Of a stretch of 64,000 nucleotides of DNA, positions 26,476 to 36,305 are shown piece by piece (within the stretch, counting starts at the first letter, position 1; every line of letters begins with the position of its first letter). Origin of the DNA: Acutalibacteraceae bacterium (GTDB taxonomy: Bacteria; Bacillota; Clostridia; Oscillospirales; Acutalibacteraceae); contig JAZNSP010000012.1 of assembly GCA_045591285.1 (NCBI GenBank), positions 4,718 through 68,717 of the forward strand, in the 5' to 3' direction. The translations under genes were made by a program, and so were the position numbers. Under the pieces are notes generated by a model that saw only the letters and a list, made by a program, of their open reading frames with translations, searched no databases and was not told the origin of the DNA.

Positions 26476-27429
26476 TCATTCTCCCTTTCTTCCTACGTGT
26501 TTATCTAAAAAGCTGCCATATTCCCCGGACACATAATCCTCATACGCACCGGCGATCTTTTCAATGTGTTTACTGACGGCACTCGGTGTCTTGAAGCCAA
26601 CAGCGGCAGCGATCTCTTTAAGAGAACAGCCATCCATGCGCATCCGCAAGATTTGCTTATCCTGTTCGGTGAGTTTTCGCTCGAACTGCTCAATACCGAT
26701 TTTCTGCAGCACCTTGGTTTCGAACTCTGCTGCCGGGTTGGGAATGTCAAACAGCATTTCACCGTCGATCATAGCCCCGGTTTCTGCAATTTCCTCGATG
26801 GACAGATGCTTGTGATTGCGGTCATGATACCAAGAACGGTTGAAGTCCCGTTTATGAACGCTGGAGCCGCTGTAATCATCGGGGTTGCGGTTATTCCAGA
26901 ACTCGTCAATCATCGGCTGCCAGTTTTCCTCGGCAACGATCATATCGGTCAGATTGCCGATCAAATTGCTGAACTGCTGATAGGCAAGCCAAGGATGCTC
27001 ATCATCTCTATCCATCAGAAACAGACGTTGGAAGCTCCAATCCATTTCCGTCTCAAACTTTTTGCGGAAATGCTTGATGATCTCATAGGACAGCCGCCAC
27101 AGAGGAAAATCACCGGAATAGTTTTTCCAATCACCGGGAATGTCCTTGTATGTGCCATCCTTATTCGGCACTTGGAAGAATTGCCACGCAGACCACGCAA
27201 AGCAGTCCCACACCAACAATAGGAACATATCGTTCTTGATAACTTCCATACTGTCGGGGTCGTCAAGCAATCCGTAGATGTTTCTCGGCAAGGACAGGGC
27301 GGGTGGATATTTTTCAACAAGCTCTCTCGGCAGAGCATAGAACAGCGTCAGCCATGAAAGATTGCTTCCTTGCGGAATTTCGACAATGCCATCGGGTACG
27401 ATGGCGAAAAAGCTGTAGCGCAGACTCAT
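26476..27429 (-). CDS. Sigma-70 region-4-like / LuxR-type HTH protein (element regulator)
   Basis: C-terminal LTEQDKQILRMRMDGCSLKEIAAAVGFKTPSAVSKHIEKI. The ATG at 27429 is 9 nt after GGGAG; the longer track ORF has no RBS. Confidence 0.65.
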   Translation of the reverse strand: MSLRYSFFAIVPDGIVEIPQGSNLSWLTLFYALPRELVEKYPPALSLPRNIYGLLDDPDSMEVIKNDMFLLLVWDCFAWSAWQFFQVPNKDGTYKDIPGDWKNYSGDFPLWRLSYEIIKHFRKKFETEMDWSFQRLFLMDRDDEHPWLAYQQFSNLIGNLTDMIVAEENWQPMIDEFWNNRNPDDYSGSSVHKRDFNRSWYHDRNHKHLSIEEIAETGAMIDGEMLFDIPNPAAEFETKVLQKIGIEQFERKLTEQDKQILRMRMDGCSLKEIAAAVGFKTPSAVSKHIEKIAGAYEDYVSGEYGSFLDKHVGRKGE

Positions 27430-27620
27430 GTGGTTCATCTCCCTTCGGTGTAATTGATTGTGAAAAACATCATTTTGATGTTTTTCAATCATGTTACGGT
27501 TATTGTAAGTTCCCGATTTGGGTACTTGCCTAACTGTAACACTATATTCGTTACGATTGTTGCAAGTGGTCAGCGTGACCACTTGGCTTATCTGTAACAC
27601 TTTTCTAATTTTCGTTACGC

Positions 27621-27992
27621 TTACGCCAAGGTGTCAACTTGGCACTTTTCATTATCCGTAACGCTATCTCTGTATGCTTTCTGTCGGCAGGCATTGCAGC
27701 AGAACTTGGCATCCGACCTCTTAGGCGTAAAAGCATTGCCGCAGGTCTGGCAGGTGCGGTCTTTGCGTTCTTGCTCACGCCGCCATTTCAGTTCCTTTTG
27801 GTACCCATGATTACCGCACAGAGAATACAGACAATATTTCTTTGTTTTGATGGTAGTGTAGAATACTCTGCCGCATCCTTTACAACGAAACCTGCGGACA
27901 TGGAGATGAGTATCCTTACCCAACATCCTTTTCTCATAGTGTTCCTTTAGGTAATCCTGGTTCTCGTATTCCCATTTGCTGTGATTTATCAT
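27621..27992 (-). CDS. Cys-rich zinc-ribbon protein (123 aa)
   Basis: Three CxxC-type pairs (CKGCG, CQTCG, CCNAC). Basic. RBS GGAGGA. Confidence 0.6.
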   Translation of the reverse strand: MINHSKWEYENQDYLKEHYEKRMLGKDTHLHVRRFRCKGCGRVFYTTIKTKKYCLYSLCGNHGYQKELKWRREQERKDRTCQTCGNAFTPKRSDAKFCCNACRQKAYRDSVTDNEKCQVDTLA

Positions 27993-28257
27993 TTACACAT
28001 CCTCCGTATTGCGAAAATATAGAGGAGTTTTCATACCCCTCTATAACAGAGGGCATGAGAAGGCTCGTTTTTTTCCAATCTTTCAAAAATTTTTTGAAAT
28101 TTTTCAGATTTTTACGATTAACATCGGAATCGAAGCGAAAGGAACGATATTGTATTTATTATACAGGAAATTTGTGAATAAATCTATTGTTTCTAAAGAG
28201 GGCAAAAAAAGAAGCGGTATCCGAATCATAGCAGACTCGGATACCGCTTCAAGCGAA

Positions 28258-28503
28258 TCAATCAAGCGGCTTATATTCAGTAACCGCTTTTAGGTAGGCT
28301 TCGGGATCACCGTTCAGTACGAGATCGGCATAGGCAATAGGGTCATTATAGATGAGATAGTCAAGCTCCGACCGCTGATACATATTGTCGGCAACCTCAT
28401 TCTCAACAGCAATGGTATCAATCGCAATCATGCTCCCATCGGTGAATTTCAGTTCTACACAGCAGTTATCGAAGTTATATTCGCAGGAAATCAGCTTTTT
28501 CAT
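28258..28503 (-). CDS. Hypothetical small protein, first gene at the right end of the element
   Basis: The ATG at 28503 is 8 nt after GGAGG. MKKLISCEYNFDNCCVELKF... Confidence 0.55.
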   Translation of the reverse strand: MKKLISCEYNFDNCCVELKFTDGSMIAIDTIAVENEVADNMYQRSELDYLIYNDPIAYADLVLNGDPEAYLKAVTEYKPLD

Positions 28504-28533
28504 AGGGTTTACCTCCAAAATTGTATTGTTTGG

Positions 28534-28552
28534 AAGTAATGTAAGCGTGGGT
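28534..28552 (-). promoter_or_regulatory. Second copy of the 19-nt motif ACCCACGCTTACAWTACTT
   Basis: The minus strand reads ACCCACGCTTACATTACTT, an 18/19 match to 15671-15689 (plus strand). It lies ~30 nt upstream of the first backbone gene. Confidence 0.4.
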
Positions 28553-28568
28553 TTTTAGTGTGGTATCT

Positions 28569-28706
28569 TTAAGTTTGGGAAATCCCTCTTTCCCATTTGC
28601 TTACAGCCTGAAAGGAAACTCCCAGTCTTTCACCTAAGTCACTTTGTGTAAGTCCTTTTTCTTTTCTTAAAGAAGCAATATGCTCACCGATTTTTTCTGT
28701 ATTCAT
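28569..28706 (-). pseudogene. 5' fragment (HTH) of the XRE-family gene split by the mobile element
   Basis: MNTEKIGEHIASLRKEKGLTQSDLGERLGVSFQAVSKWE, then reads into the element (RGISQT*). It aligns with the N-terminus of 32434-32961. Confidence 0.85.
28583..28594. repeat. attR junction core (TCCC-TC-TTTCCC)
   Basis: Imperfect direct repeat of 12443-12453. Host XRE homology resumes at ATTTGCTTACAGCC. Confidence 0.7.
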
Positions 28707-28882
28707 TGTTTTCTCTCCTTTTTTCTTTCAGATATATTTTATCAGGTGAAGCACAAAAAGGAAATAACCTTAAAGTAGAGATTTTTTCGGTATAACTCAA
28801 CTGAATAATGCCGGAAAATTGATTTTATTACAGTAAGAGATTATAATAGCTTATGAGGAATAAATTTCGGGAGGTCGGAATT

Positions 28883-29095
28883 ATGGATATTCTGAAATTC
28901 AATTTAAATGGCGAAGGAAATAAATTTAAAATTCTCAATGCAACAAACGGCGGGCCATGGCATAAAAGACACGCCGACGATCAGTTCAGAAGTAATTTCG
29001 AGGATTATAAGGCGGCAAGATTTACTTACACAAGAAATCACGATTCTGCGGTATGCGGAATTTATAAACAAGGCACCTGCAAGAACTCTGCTTGA
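28883..29095 (+). pseudogene. Truncated 5' copy of the GH39-like gene (paralogue of 33137-34447)
   Basis: MDILKFNLNGEGNKFKILNATNGGPWHKRHADDQFRSNFEDYKAARFTYTRNHDSAVCGIY matches the first 61 codons of 33137-34447. Homology stops near 29065, with a stop at 29095. Confidence 0.75.
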
Positions 29096-29340
29096 ATTTC
29101 TTAAGTATTCCCCCCGGAAGATATTTTTCAGATATATCCACCCCCATTTTTGTTGCGGCATGTACAGAGGATACACTTGCACCTGCGGAAAAAACAGTAA
29201 GTCTTGCAAAAAATGCAAAAAAATCTGTCTGCAAAAGATATAACTGCGGTCATTTTGAGGTTTACTCAAACGAATATTTTGAGGAAGCTATGTATGTGAG
29301 GGTAACTGCTCACATTTTCAGATTATTAACAGCTTTATAG
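29092..29340 (+). pseudogene. Probable C-terminal remnant of an alpha/beta-hydrolase gene
   Basis: ...STPIFVAACTEDTLAPAEKTVSLAKNAKKSVCKRYNCGHFEVYSNEYFEEAM resembles an alpha/beta-hydrolase C-terminus (acid and His regions). No N-terminal part is present. Confidence 0.4.
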
Positions 29341-30278
29341 GAATTAATCCCGAAAATAAGGATAAGCGTTGTGTTTCTCTGACCGCTGATGCTATTCATA
29401 TTGTTAATACCAACGGTTGCTTTAACATTTCAGGCTGTGATATCAGCTCAATGGGTGATGACTGCATTAACGTTCATGACGGACTCGGATATGTTTCCGA
29501 AGTAAATGATAATACTCTTACGCTGATAGCTTCTGCTATGAGGCTTGAAGCAGGTGACATTCTCGCATTTAAAAATGATAAGTTTGAAAATACCGAACTG
29601 ACTGCAAAAATTGTTTCCGTAAAGGCTCTTGAAGGCATAACCAATGAGGTCATTGTTGAAAATCTGCCCGAAAGCATTACTCAGGGCTGGACGGCATATA
29701 ATACCGCTTGTGACAGCAGCAACTACGTTATTTCAGATAACTATTTCCATGAAAATCGGGCAAGGGGTGTGCTTCTTCAGTCCTCAGGCGGACTTTGTGA
29801 AAATAACCGCTTCTATAAAACAATGGCACAGGCTGTGAAGGTTGTTATGGATATCGTACCTTCCTTATGGCAGGAGGGAACAGGTGTTGATAACCTTGTT
29901 ATCCGTAATAACACATTTGAAAAATGCAACTACAGTGACTGGGGCAGTGTAATTGAAATAGGAACTAATATTGCAGGTAATACCGCAGAGACGGCTGTTT
30001 TTACGAATATTGAAATTTCTGCCAATTCATTTAAGGATATCCCCTCAACGCTTTTAAGAGCAGACAACGTAAACGGCTTTGTTTTTTCTGAAAATACAAT
30101 TGATACAGGGGATTTCTTTGACGAAAATTCAGTTCAGGGTGTGCTTGAATTCGGTAAATATTGCTCCAATATAACCTATTCAGATAATAATTTTGTAAAC
30201 AGCGGATTTTTAAGAAGCAATGAAATTGCAAAAGCAGACAGCGTTTATGTCTGGGCTCAGATTAATTCACAGCTTTGA
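29341..30278 (+). pseudogene. 5'-truncated right-handed beta-helix (pectin-lyase-fold) gene
   Basis: The frame is open from the stop at 29338-29340 and reads ...LTADAIHIVNTNGCFNISGCDISSMGDDCINVHDG... before the first Met. No N-terminus or signal peptide. Confidence 0.55.
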
Positions 30279-30312
30279 GAGAAGGTTTGTAAAAGCTTTT
30301 GCTGAAAAAATA

Positions 30313-30352
30313 CTACCCGAAAAAGAGCGTTAACCTCTCTTTTTCGGGTAGC
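30313..30352. terminator. Terminator hairpin
   Basis: TACCCGAAAAAGAG-cgttaacct-CTCTTTTTCGGGTA. Confidence 0.5.
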
Positions 30353-30442
30353 TTTGTCTTATATCTATACAACCCTGCTCATTATGTGCTTATCTTTTAT
30401 TTGAAGAAAATGCATCATTATGTGTGTCGGTGCATGAATAAG

Positions 30443-30847
30443 CTAATTAACCGATTTCAACTGCACCAGAGTAAAAATACAAACGGACATATTTACGAAT
30501 GTAGTATAAATTATGTATATGTCAGCAATGAATTTATGGTTTGCCGCAATAGGTAATAATAAAATTTCCGCAAATATCAGCAGGGTAAAGGTTAAAAACA
30601 CTTTTTTGCTTGGATTGTTTCTGCTTAGCAGTAAAACACAGACTGTCAAAAACAGTGTTATAAACCAAAAGAGAAAGACAAGCCATTGTTCACTTGCATG
30701 AATGTTTGGTATAAAAACAATTTGAGATAACCATTTTGGCGGATAAAAACCAACAAACATAAATGTAGATATAAGTGTTGATATTGATAACAAAATATAC
30801 ATAATGCCTTTTTTCATATTTACACCGCCGTTAATGTTAGTCCGCAA
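30443..30847 (-). CDS. Small membrane protein (4 TM)
   Basis: Hydrophobic 134-aa ORF. The likely start is the internal MKKGIMYILL. It overlaps the upstream gene's end. Confidence 0.5.
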   Translation of the reverse strand: MRTNINGGVNMKKGIMYILLSISTLISTFMFVGFYPPKWLSQIVFIPNIHASEQWLVFLFWFITLFLTVCVLLLSRNNPSKKVFLTFTLLIFAEILLLPIAANHKFIADIYIIYTTFVNMSVCIFTLVQLKSVN

Positions 30848-31692
30848 TCAAGAGCAAACATATAAAGAACCGCAGATGTCATTTGCGCTGCATAGTTAGT
30901 TAGAGTGTTAGCTGTTGCGCTCCAAGCGTCTTTGTTTAAACTGTTTTTTACATCATCATAATACCTTGTTGAAACCGAAGCTACTATTGGAACTAAATCA
31001 GATGCATCATAAGCCTGAGAATACACATAAAAACTATCTGGTGTTGAATTGAAATCTCCCAAGTATGTTTCTATATTTTCATCACAAAAGGCTTCGTATT
31101 GACTATGAGCAAGCGTAAGTGCAAATTTAGTATGATGTGGGATGGTTATATCTTGTATATAATGCAGAGCTCTTCCCAAATGTGCTGCTGCTTCGCTAGA
31201 ATTTCCACTATTTTGCGCTGTTACAGCTTTATTATAGTATTCTACGAATCTTTCTGCAGCGGAAGTTCCACCATATAATCCTTTACCTGTTGATACTAAG
31301 TAAAAATGATCTGCATTACTAATTGTAAAAGATTCATCAGATGTTTGATCAGGTGCTAACGAATAAAGTGCTATTATTAGTGAGAGCATTAAGCCATCTG
31401 AGCTTGTAGCCCAAAAACCTTTATCTGAAACAAATGCGGCAAGGCCGGCAGTAGTAATATCAGAATGAGTAGGATCATCTTCACCTGATTTGTATCTTGC
31501 ATTTGTATTATTATTCCACGTGTAGCAATTATCAACCAAATCAATTTGTTCTTCATATGTAAGCTGTAAAAAATCTTCAAGAGTCATATTGATAGGTATA
31601 TCTATTTGTGATTGCTCAACAGCATAAGTTGGCGTTACAAAACAACATCCTGCAATTAAGATAGACATTATAATTGATAAAAATTTTTTCAT
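30820..31692 (-). CDS. Zinc-dependent phospholipase C-like lipoprotein
   Basis: Lipobox LIAGC. HSDITTAG, NADHFY and LGRALHYIQDITIPHH match the metal-ligand motifs of the Zn-PLC/alpha-toxin N-domain family. No PLAT domain. Confidence 0.65.
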   Translation of the reverse strand: MKKFLSIIMSILIAGCCFVTPTYAVEQSQIDIPINMTLEDFLQLTYEEQIDLVDNCYTWNNNTNARYKSGEDDPTHSDITTAGLAAFVSDKGFWATSSDGLMLSLIIALYSLAPDQTSDESFTISNADHFYLVSTGKGLYGGTSAAERFVEYYNKAVTAQNSGNSSEAAAHLGRALHYIQDITIPHHTKFALTLAHSQYEAFCDENIETYLGDFNSTPDSFYVYSQAYDASDLVPIVASVSTRYYDDVKNSLNKDAWSATANTLTNYAAQMTSAVLYMFALDCGLTLTAV

Positions 31693-32244
31693 ATTATAAA
31701 TCTCCTTTTGATATTTTTAATTAGTAATGTTATTATTAAAAATTTATATTCCACATTGGTATCACCTTAGCCTTTTTGTTGAATGGTTTTATTAACTATT
31801 ATAATTTAAGTGTTTGCCTATACAAATTATTAAAACAAATATAAATTGCGTACAAGGTTATTATGATCATTTTTTTATTTAATAAATTTATTTACATTTC
31901 TGTTTTTCTTCTAATATAATTATAACATATTATTTTTGCTGTTGGATATACTTTTTTGTCGTAATTACCTTCATTTTTGCATTTTTTATTCTTCGGCTAT
32001 GAGAAAATATGATGTCTTCAGAATGAAATTGAAAGGGTAAGCAGATAAATGAAAATAAAAAAACGGTAAGCTGTGTTACAAAAGTGTATATACATTTTGA
32101 ATAATTGTATGGTATAATTGTTCAGGAAAACAGAAAAATTATAATAAAATTGACTCTACCGTGGGTTTACTCTCCTCACTAAACCAATGGTATGTGTTTT
32201 TTATGTTGAATAGCGGTTACACTGTAACTGAAGGGAGGCTGACT

Positions 32245-32538
32245 ATGGACCAGATTAAAATCGGAAGGTTTATTGCCCTGTGCAGAAAAAAATCAGGCTT
32301 AACACAAATGCAGCTGGCAGAAAGGCTGGGTATTACAGATAAGGCAATATCAAAATGGGAAACAGGCAAATATCAAAATAAAACTATAAAAACAACGGCG
32401 GACGGCTTCTTTTATCGAAGACGTCCGCTGATTTCATATTATAGAGTATTTTTTACAGTAATCACAGACAATTTTTCTGAAATGCTCATGTCTGAAATTA
32501 TTTTTTACATCACTGATATCCACATAGAAGCCTGCTGA
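32245..32538 (+). pseudogene. XRE-family HTH remnant (domain intact to SKWETGK, then non-homologous read-through)
   Basis: RBS GGGAGG. MDQIKIGRFIALCRKKSGLTQMQLAERLGITDKAISKWETGK. The frame then crosses a terminator hairpin (GCGGACG...CGTCCGC) and overlaps the convergent gene. Confidence 0.45.
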
Positions 32539-32961
32539 TAGATTCTGTATTATAGCCTCCGCAAGAAAGGCTTCAAAGATATAATCATCATTGAAGGCTT
32601 TTTCAATGTCAGTGTTCAGCTCTGTGTTTATTCCGCCTATAGCCGCACGGTAAATAAGATTTTCAGTCCCTAAATATTCACCTGCATTTTTAAGACAGTT
32701 AAGCCCTTCTTTCATATCGGAAACGGTGATTTTCCCTTTATAATGTGTAATCTTTTCGCTTCCCGTGAGAATGAAATCAATTGTTGTTTCAAGTATTTTT
32801 GCAATATCGGGTAAGAGAGTGATATCAGGTAAGGCTTCTCCTCGCTCCCATTTGCTGACAGCCTGAAATGATACACCCAGTCTTTCACCGAGCTCACTTT
32901 GTGTAAGTCCTTTTTCTTTTCTCAAAGAAGCAATCTGCTCTCCGACCTTTTTTAAGTCCAT
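32434..32961 (-). CDS. XRE-family HTH protein (intact paralogue of the interrupted gene)
   Basis: 175 aa from the ATG 6 nt after AGGAGG. LTQSELGERLGVSFQAVSKWERGEALPDITLL. Confidence 0.85.
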   Translation of the reverse strand: MDLKKVGEQIASLRKEKGLTQSELGERLGVSFQAVSKWERGEALPDITLLPDIAKILETTIDFILTGSEKITHYKGKITVSDMKEGLNCLKNAGEYLGTENLIYRAAIGGINTELNTDIEKAFNDDYIFEAFLAEAIIQNLSAGFYVDISDVKNNFRHEHFRKIVCDYCKKYSII

Positions 32962-33136
32962 ATGCATCCTCCTATCTTACTTGTATTTTAATATATCTAT
33001 AAGAAAAATGAAATAATCTGATAATTGAAGTTTTTTTGCCTGAATTCAACTGTATAATAAAATTTATGCGAATTGATTTTATATCAGACAGCCGCTATAA
33101 TAATTATTGAAGGAATAAAATTCAGGAGGTCAGGAT

Positions 33137-34447
33137 ATGGATATCTTAAAATTTGATCTGAATGCTTCAGGCTCGGAGTTTAAAATTCTCAATGCAACAA
33201 ACGGCGGGCCGTGGCACAAAAGACATGCTGACGATCAGTACCGCAGTAATTTTGCTGATTATAAGGCGGCAAGATTTACCTATACGAGAAATCATGATTC
33301 CGCAGTATGCGGAATTTACGGCGGTCCCTACAGTCATGATATTACCTGTATTTTCCCTTGTTTTGATAAAGACCCCGAAGACAAGGCTTCCTATGATTTT
33401 CCATGCACAGACGAAAGCATTTTAGTCAGCCTTGAAGCAGGTGCCGAAACCTTTTTCAGACTCGGTCAGACAATTGAGCATCAGATAAAAAAGCACGGCA
33501 CTGTTCCGCCAGAGGATTTCAATAAGTGGGCTGTTATATGTGAGCATATTATCCGCCATTATAATGAAGGCTGGGCAGACGGCTTTGAGCTTGGCATAAA
33601 ATACTGGGAAATATGGAATGAACCCGACCTTGACAGTGACGACAGCAAAAATAAGCGTACATGGGGCGGCACAAAGGCACAGTTTTTTGATTTATATGAA
33701 GTAGCTTCAAAGCACCTTAAGGAAAAATTCCCACATATAAAAATAGGCGGTCCTGCACTTGCGTGGGATGAACAGTGGGCTGAGGATTTTTTAAGGGAAA
33801 TGAAAAAGAGAAACGCTCCTCTTGATTTCTTCTCATGGCATATCTATTGCACGGAGCCTTCAGGAATAACCGAAAGAGCCGAAAGAATGAAGACACTTCT
33901 CAATAAATACGGCTATGAAAACACCGAAAGCATACTCAATGAATGGAATTATGTGAAGGGCTGGACGGATGAATATATTTATTCTCTTAAAACTATCCAC
34001 GGAATAAAGGGCGCTTCCTTTACTGCCGCCTGTATGTGTGCTTCACAGCATGCTCCCGTTGATATGCTTATGTATTATGATACAAGACCTTCGGTTTTCA
34101 ACGGTGTTTTTGATTTTTACACCTATGAAAAATTAAAGGGATATTATCCTTTTTACTGGTACGGCTTGTTTTACGACTGCAAAAAGGAAATCCCGTCACA
34201 GAACAGCATTGAAAACATATATTCTCTTTGCGGAGTTGATAATGAGGGCAAAACAATAACTCTTCTTACATACTACAGCGACGATGACATGAAGGAAAAC
34301 AAGAAAATTTCCGTTGATCTTGGTAAATGCGGTAAGTATGAAATAAGAAGAGTTGATAGTGAGTGTAACGGTGAAGTTACTGAAATTACGGATAAGCTCA
34401 CATTTGATATGGAGCTTTTCAGTATAATACTTATCAGGGAAAAATAA
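33137..34447 (+). CDS. Clan GH-A glycoside hydrolase (GH39-like)
   Basis: 436 aa. KYWEIWNEPD acid/base motif and LNEWN nucleophile-region motif. Confidence 0.65.
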   Translation: MDILKFDLNASGSEFKILNATNGGPWHKRHADDQYRSNFADYKAARFTYTRNHDSAVCGIYGGPYSHDITCIFPCFDKDPEDKASYDFPCTDESILVSLEAGAETFFRLGQTIEHQIKKHGTVPPEDFNKWAVICEHIIRHYNEGWADGFELGIKYWEIWNEPDLDSDDSKNKRTWGGTKAQFFDLYEVASKHLKEKFPHIKIGGPALAWDEQWAEDFLREMKKRNAPLDFFSWHIYCTEPSGITERAERMKTLLNKYGYENTESILNEWNYVKGWTDEYIYSLKTIHGIKGASFTAACMCASQHAPVDMLMYYDTRPSVFNGVFDFYTYEKLKGYYPFYWYGLFYDCKKEIPSQNSIENIYSLCGVDNEGKTITLLTYYSDDDMKENKKISVDLGKCGKYEIRRVDSECNGEVTEITDKLTFDMELFSIILIREK

Positions 34448-34456
34448 ATGTAATAA

Positions 34457-35446
34457 TTATTTATCCTGCGGATAGACTATCCCCGTCATTTTTCTGATTG
34501 TGTCCATCTGCTTAGTGATGTATAAGGTTTCTTCATGTGTAATAACGGGACTTTCCTGCAAGCCGTCCTTTATACATCGGCAGAAGTGAGAAATCTGTTC
34601 CTCAAATCCGTTTCCTTTGTAGGGGACGGATATTTTTTCATGTCTTCCGTCATTGAAGAAAAGCTCAATTTCCTGCGGAGCGTAAAATCTTTTGAGATAA
34701 GCATAGCCTTTTGTTCCGTAAACGAAGCCTTCATTGGGCTTTCTTAAAAGTATTGCGCTTGAAATATCTGCAATTTTTTCCTCTTTGTATTTAAGAAGCA
34801 CACAGGTGTGGCTGTCCACACCATTATATACCGTTGAAAATGCTTTGATATCCTCAACATTCTTTCCGAGATACCATTTTGCAAAATTAAGTCCGTAAAC
34901 ACCTACGTCAAGAAGTGAGCCGCCGCCGTTTTCAACATTAAAAACATGGTGATCCATTTCGTCTTCATCCATTGTGTAGCAGAATTTTCCTTCAACACCG
35001 AGAATATCGCCAAGCACCCCCTCTTTTACGAGAGAGAGCATTTTTTCCGTTCCCGGAACAAGTCTTGCCCACATAGCCTCCATAAGAAGCACATTGTTTT
35101 CCTTTGCACATGAAAACATTTTTTCTGCTTCAAAGGTGTTCACAGCCATAGGCTTTTCACATATTACATGTTTTTTGTTTCTCATCATAAGCAAGGAGCA
35201 GTCGATATGAAGTGAATGGGGTACTGCGATATATGCCGCATCAATAGCATCGGACTGTGCCATTTTTTCATAGCTGTCAAAATACACGGGTATAGAGAAT
35301 TCACGGGCAAATTTTTCTCCGTTTTCCTTTGTTCTTGATGCTACGGCAGAAAGCTCGGCTTCGGGAACATTTTTTATAGCTTCTGCAAATCTGTGAGCAA
35401 TAGTTCCTGTGCCGACAATACCAATTCTGATTTTTTCAGTGTTCAT
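34457..35446 (-). CDS. Gfo/Idh/MocA-family oxidoreductase
   Basis: N-terminal Rossmann motif IRIGIVGTGTIAHRF, plus EKP motif VICEKPMA. Confidence 0.85.
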   Translation of the reverse strand: MNTEKIRIGIVGTGTIAHRFAEAIKNVPEAELSAVASRTKENGEKFAREFSIPVYFDSYEKMAQSDAIDAAYIAVPHSLHIDCSLLMMRNKKHVICEKPMAVNTFEAEKMFSCAKENNVLLMEAMWARLVPGTEKMLSLVKEGVLGDILGVEGKFCYTMDEDEMDHHVFNVENGGGSLLDVGVYGLNFAKWYLGKNVEDIKAFSTVYNGVDSHTCVLLKYKEEKIADISSAILLRKPNEGFVYGTKGYAYLKRFYAPQEIELFFNDGRHEKISVPYKGNGFEEQISHFCRCIKDGLQESPVITHEETLYITKQMDTIRKMTGIVYPQDK

Positions 35447-35633
35447 ATGAAAACTCCTTAAAAGAATAATGTTAATTTATTCTATCATATAAAAAAAGCA
35501 ATAACAAGCCGTGTAAAAGTGAAAAATACTTTGATGATACGAATAGTATCACCGTTGCAAACAGAGATTTCTTTACTTTTTCGGTTTTCTTTTGTATTTT
35601 GTTTTTGTCATATAAAAAGAAAGGACGATCACA

Positions 35634-36290
35634 ATGAAAACAAAGGAAAACAGATTATTGATAAGGGGACTTTTACTGATTTTAATTTTTGCGGTATGGA
35701 CAGTGCTTATTATGACGGTGGATGTGAAGCCTATCGGGCAGAACGGAACAGATGTAGGTTTTTCGGTGCTTAATACATGGTTTCATAAACTTACGGGTGT
35801 CAATATGATGCTTTATAATATCACCGATTGGCTTGGGCTTGTGCCTGTTTTTATATGTATGGGCTTTGCAGGCTTCGGATTTTTTCAGCTTATAAAAAGA
35901 AAAAGCCTTTTGAGAGTTGACTATGATATAATATTACTCGGAATATATTTTATTACCGTTATTTTCTTTTATCTTATTTTTGAAGAATTTCCGATAAATT
36001 ACCGCCCCATTCTGATAGAAGGGCGTATGGAGGCTTCATATCCCTCTTCAACCACTCTTCTTGTGCTTAGTGTTATGCCCGTGTTTTCTTTTCAGGCGGA
36101 GATAAGAATTAAAAATGAGGCAGTAAAAAAGCTTATCAGAATTTTTGTAATTATCTTTTCGTTATTTATGGTAACGGGAAGACTTGTTTCGGGCGTTCAT
36201 TGGCTGACGGATATCATAGGCTCTTTATTTATAAGTGCGGGACTTTATTTTATATATAATTCCCTTGCCTTAAGAGTCAGAAAAAAATAA
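35634..36290 (+). CDS. PAP2-family membrane phosphatase
   Basis: YPSSTT and SGVHWLTD motifs in a multi-TM protein. Confidence 0.75.
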   Translation: MKTKENRLLIRGLLLILIFAVWTVLIMTVDVKPIGQNGTDVGFSVLNTWFHKLTGVNMMLYNITDWLGLVPVFICMGFAGFGFFQLIKRKSLLRVDYDIILLGIYFITVIFFYLIFEEFPINYRPILIEGRMEASYPSSTTLLVLSVMPVFSFQAEIRIKNEAVKKLIRIFVIIFSLFMVTGRLVSGVHWLTDIIGSLFISAGLYFIYNSLALRVRKK

Positions 36291-36305
36291 AAGGGGGAAG
36301 GCTTT

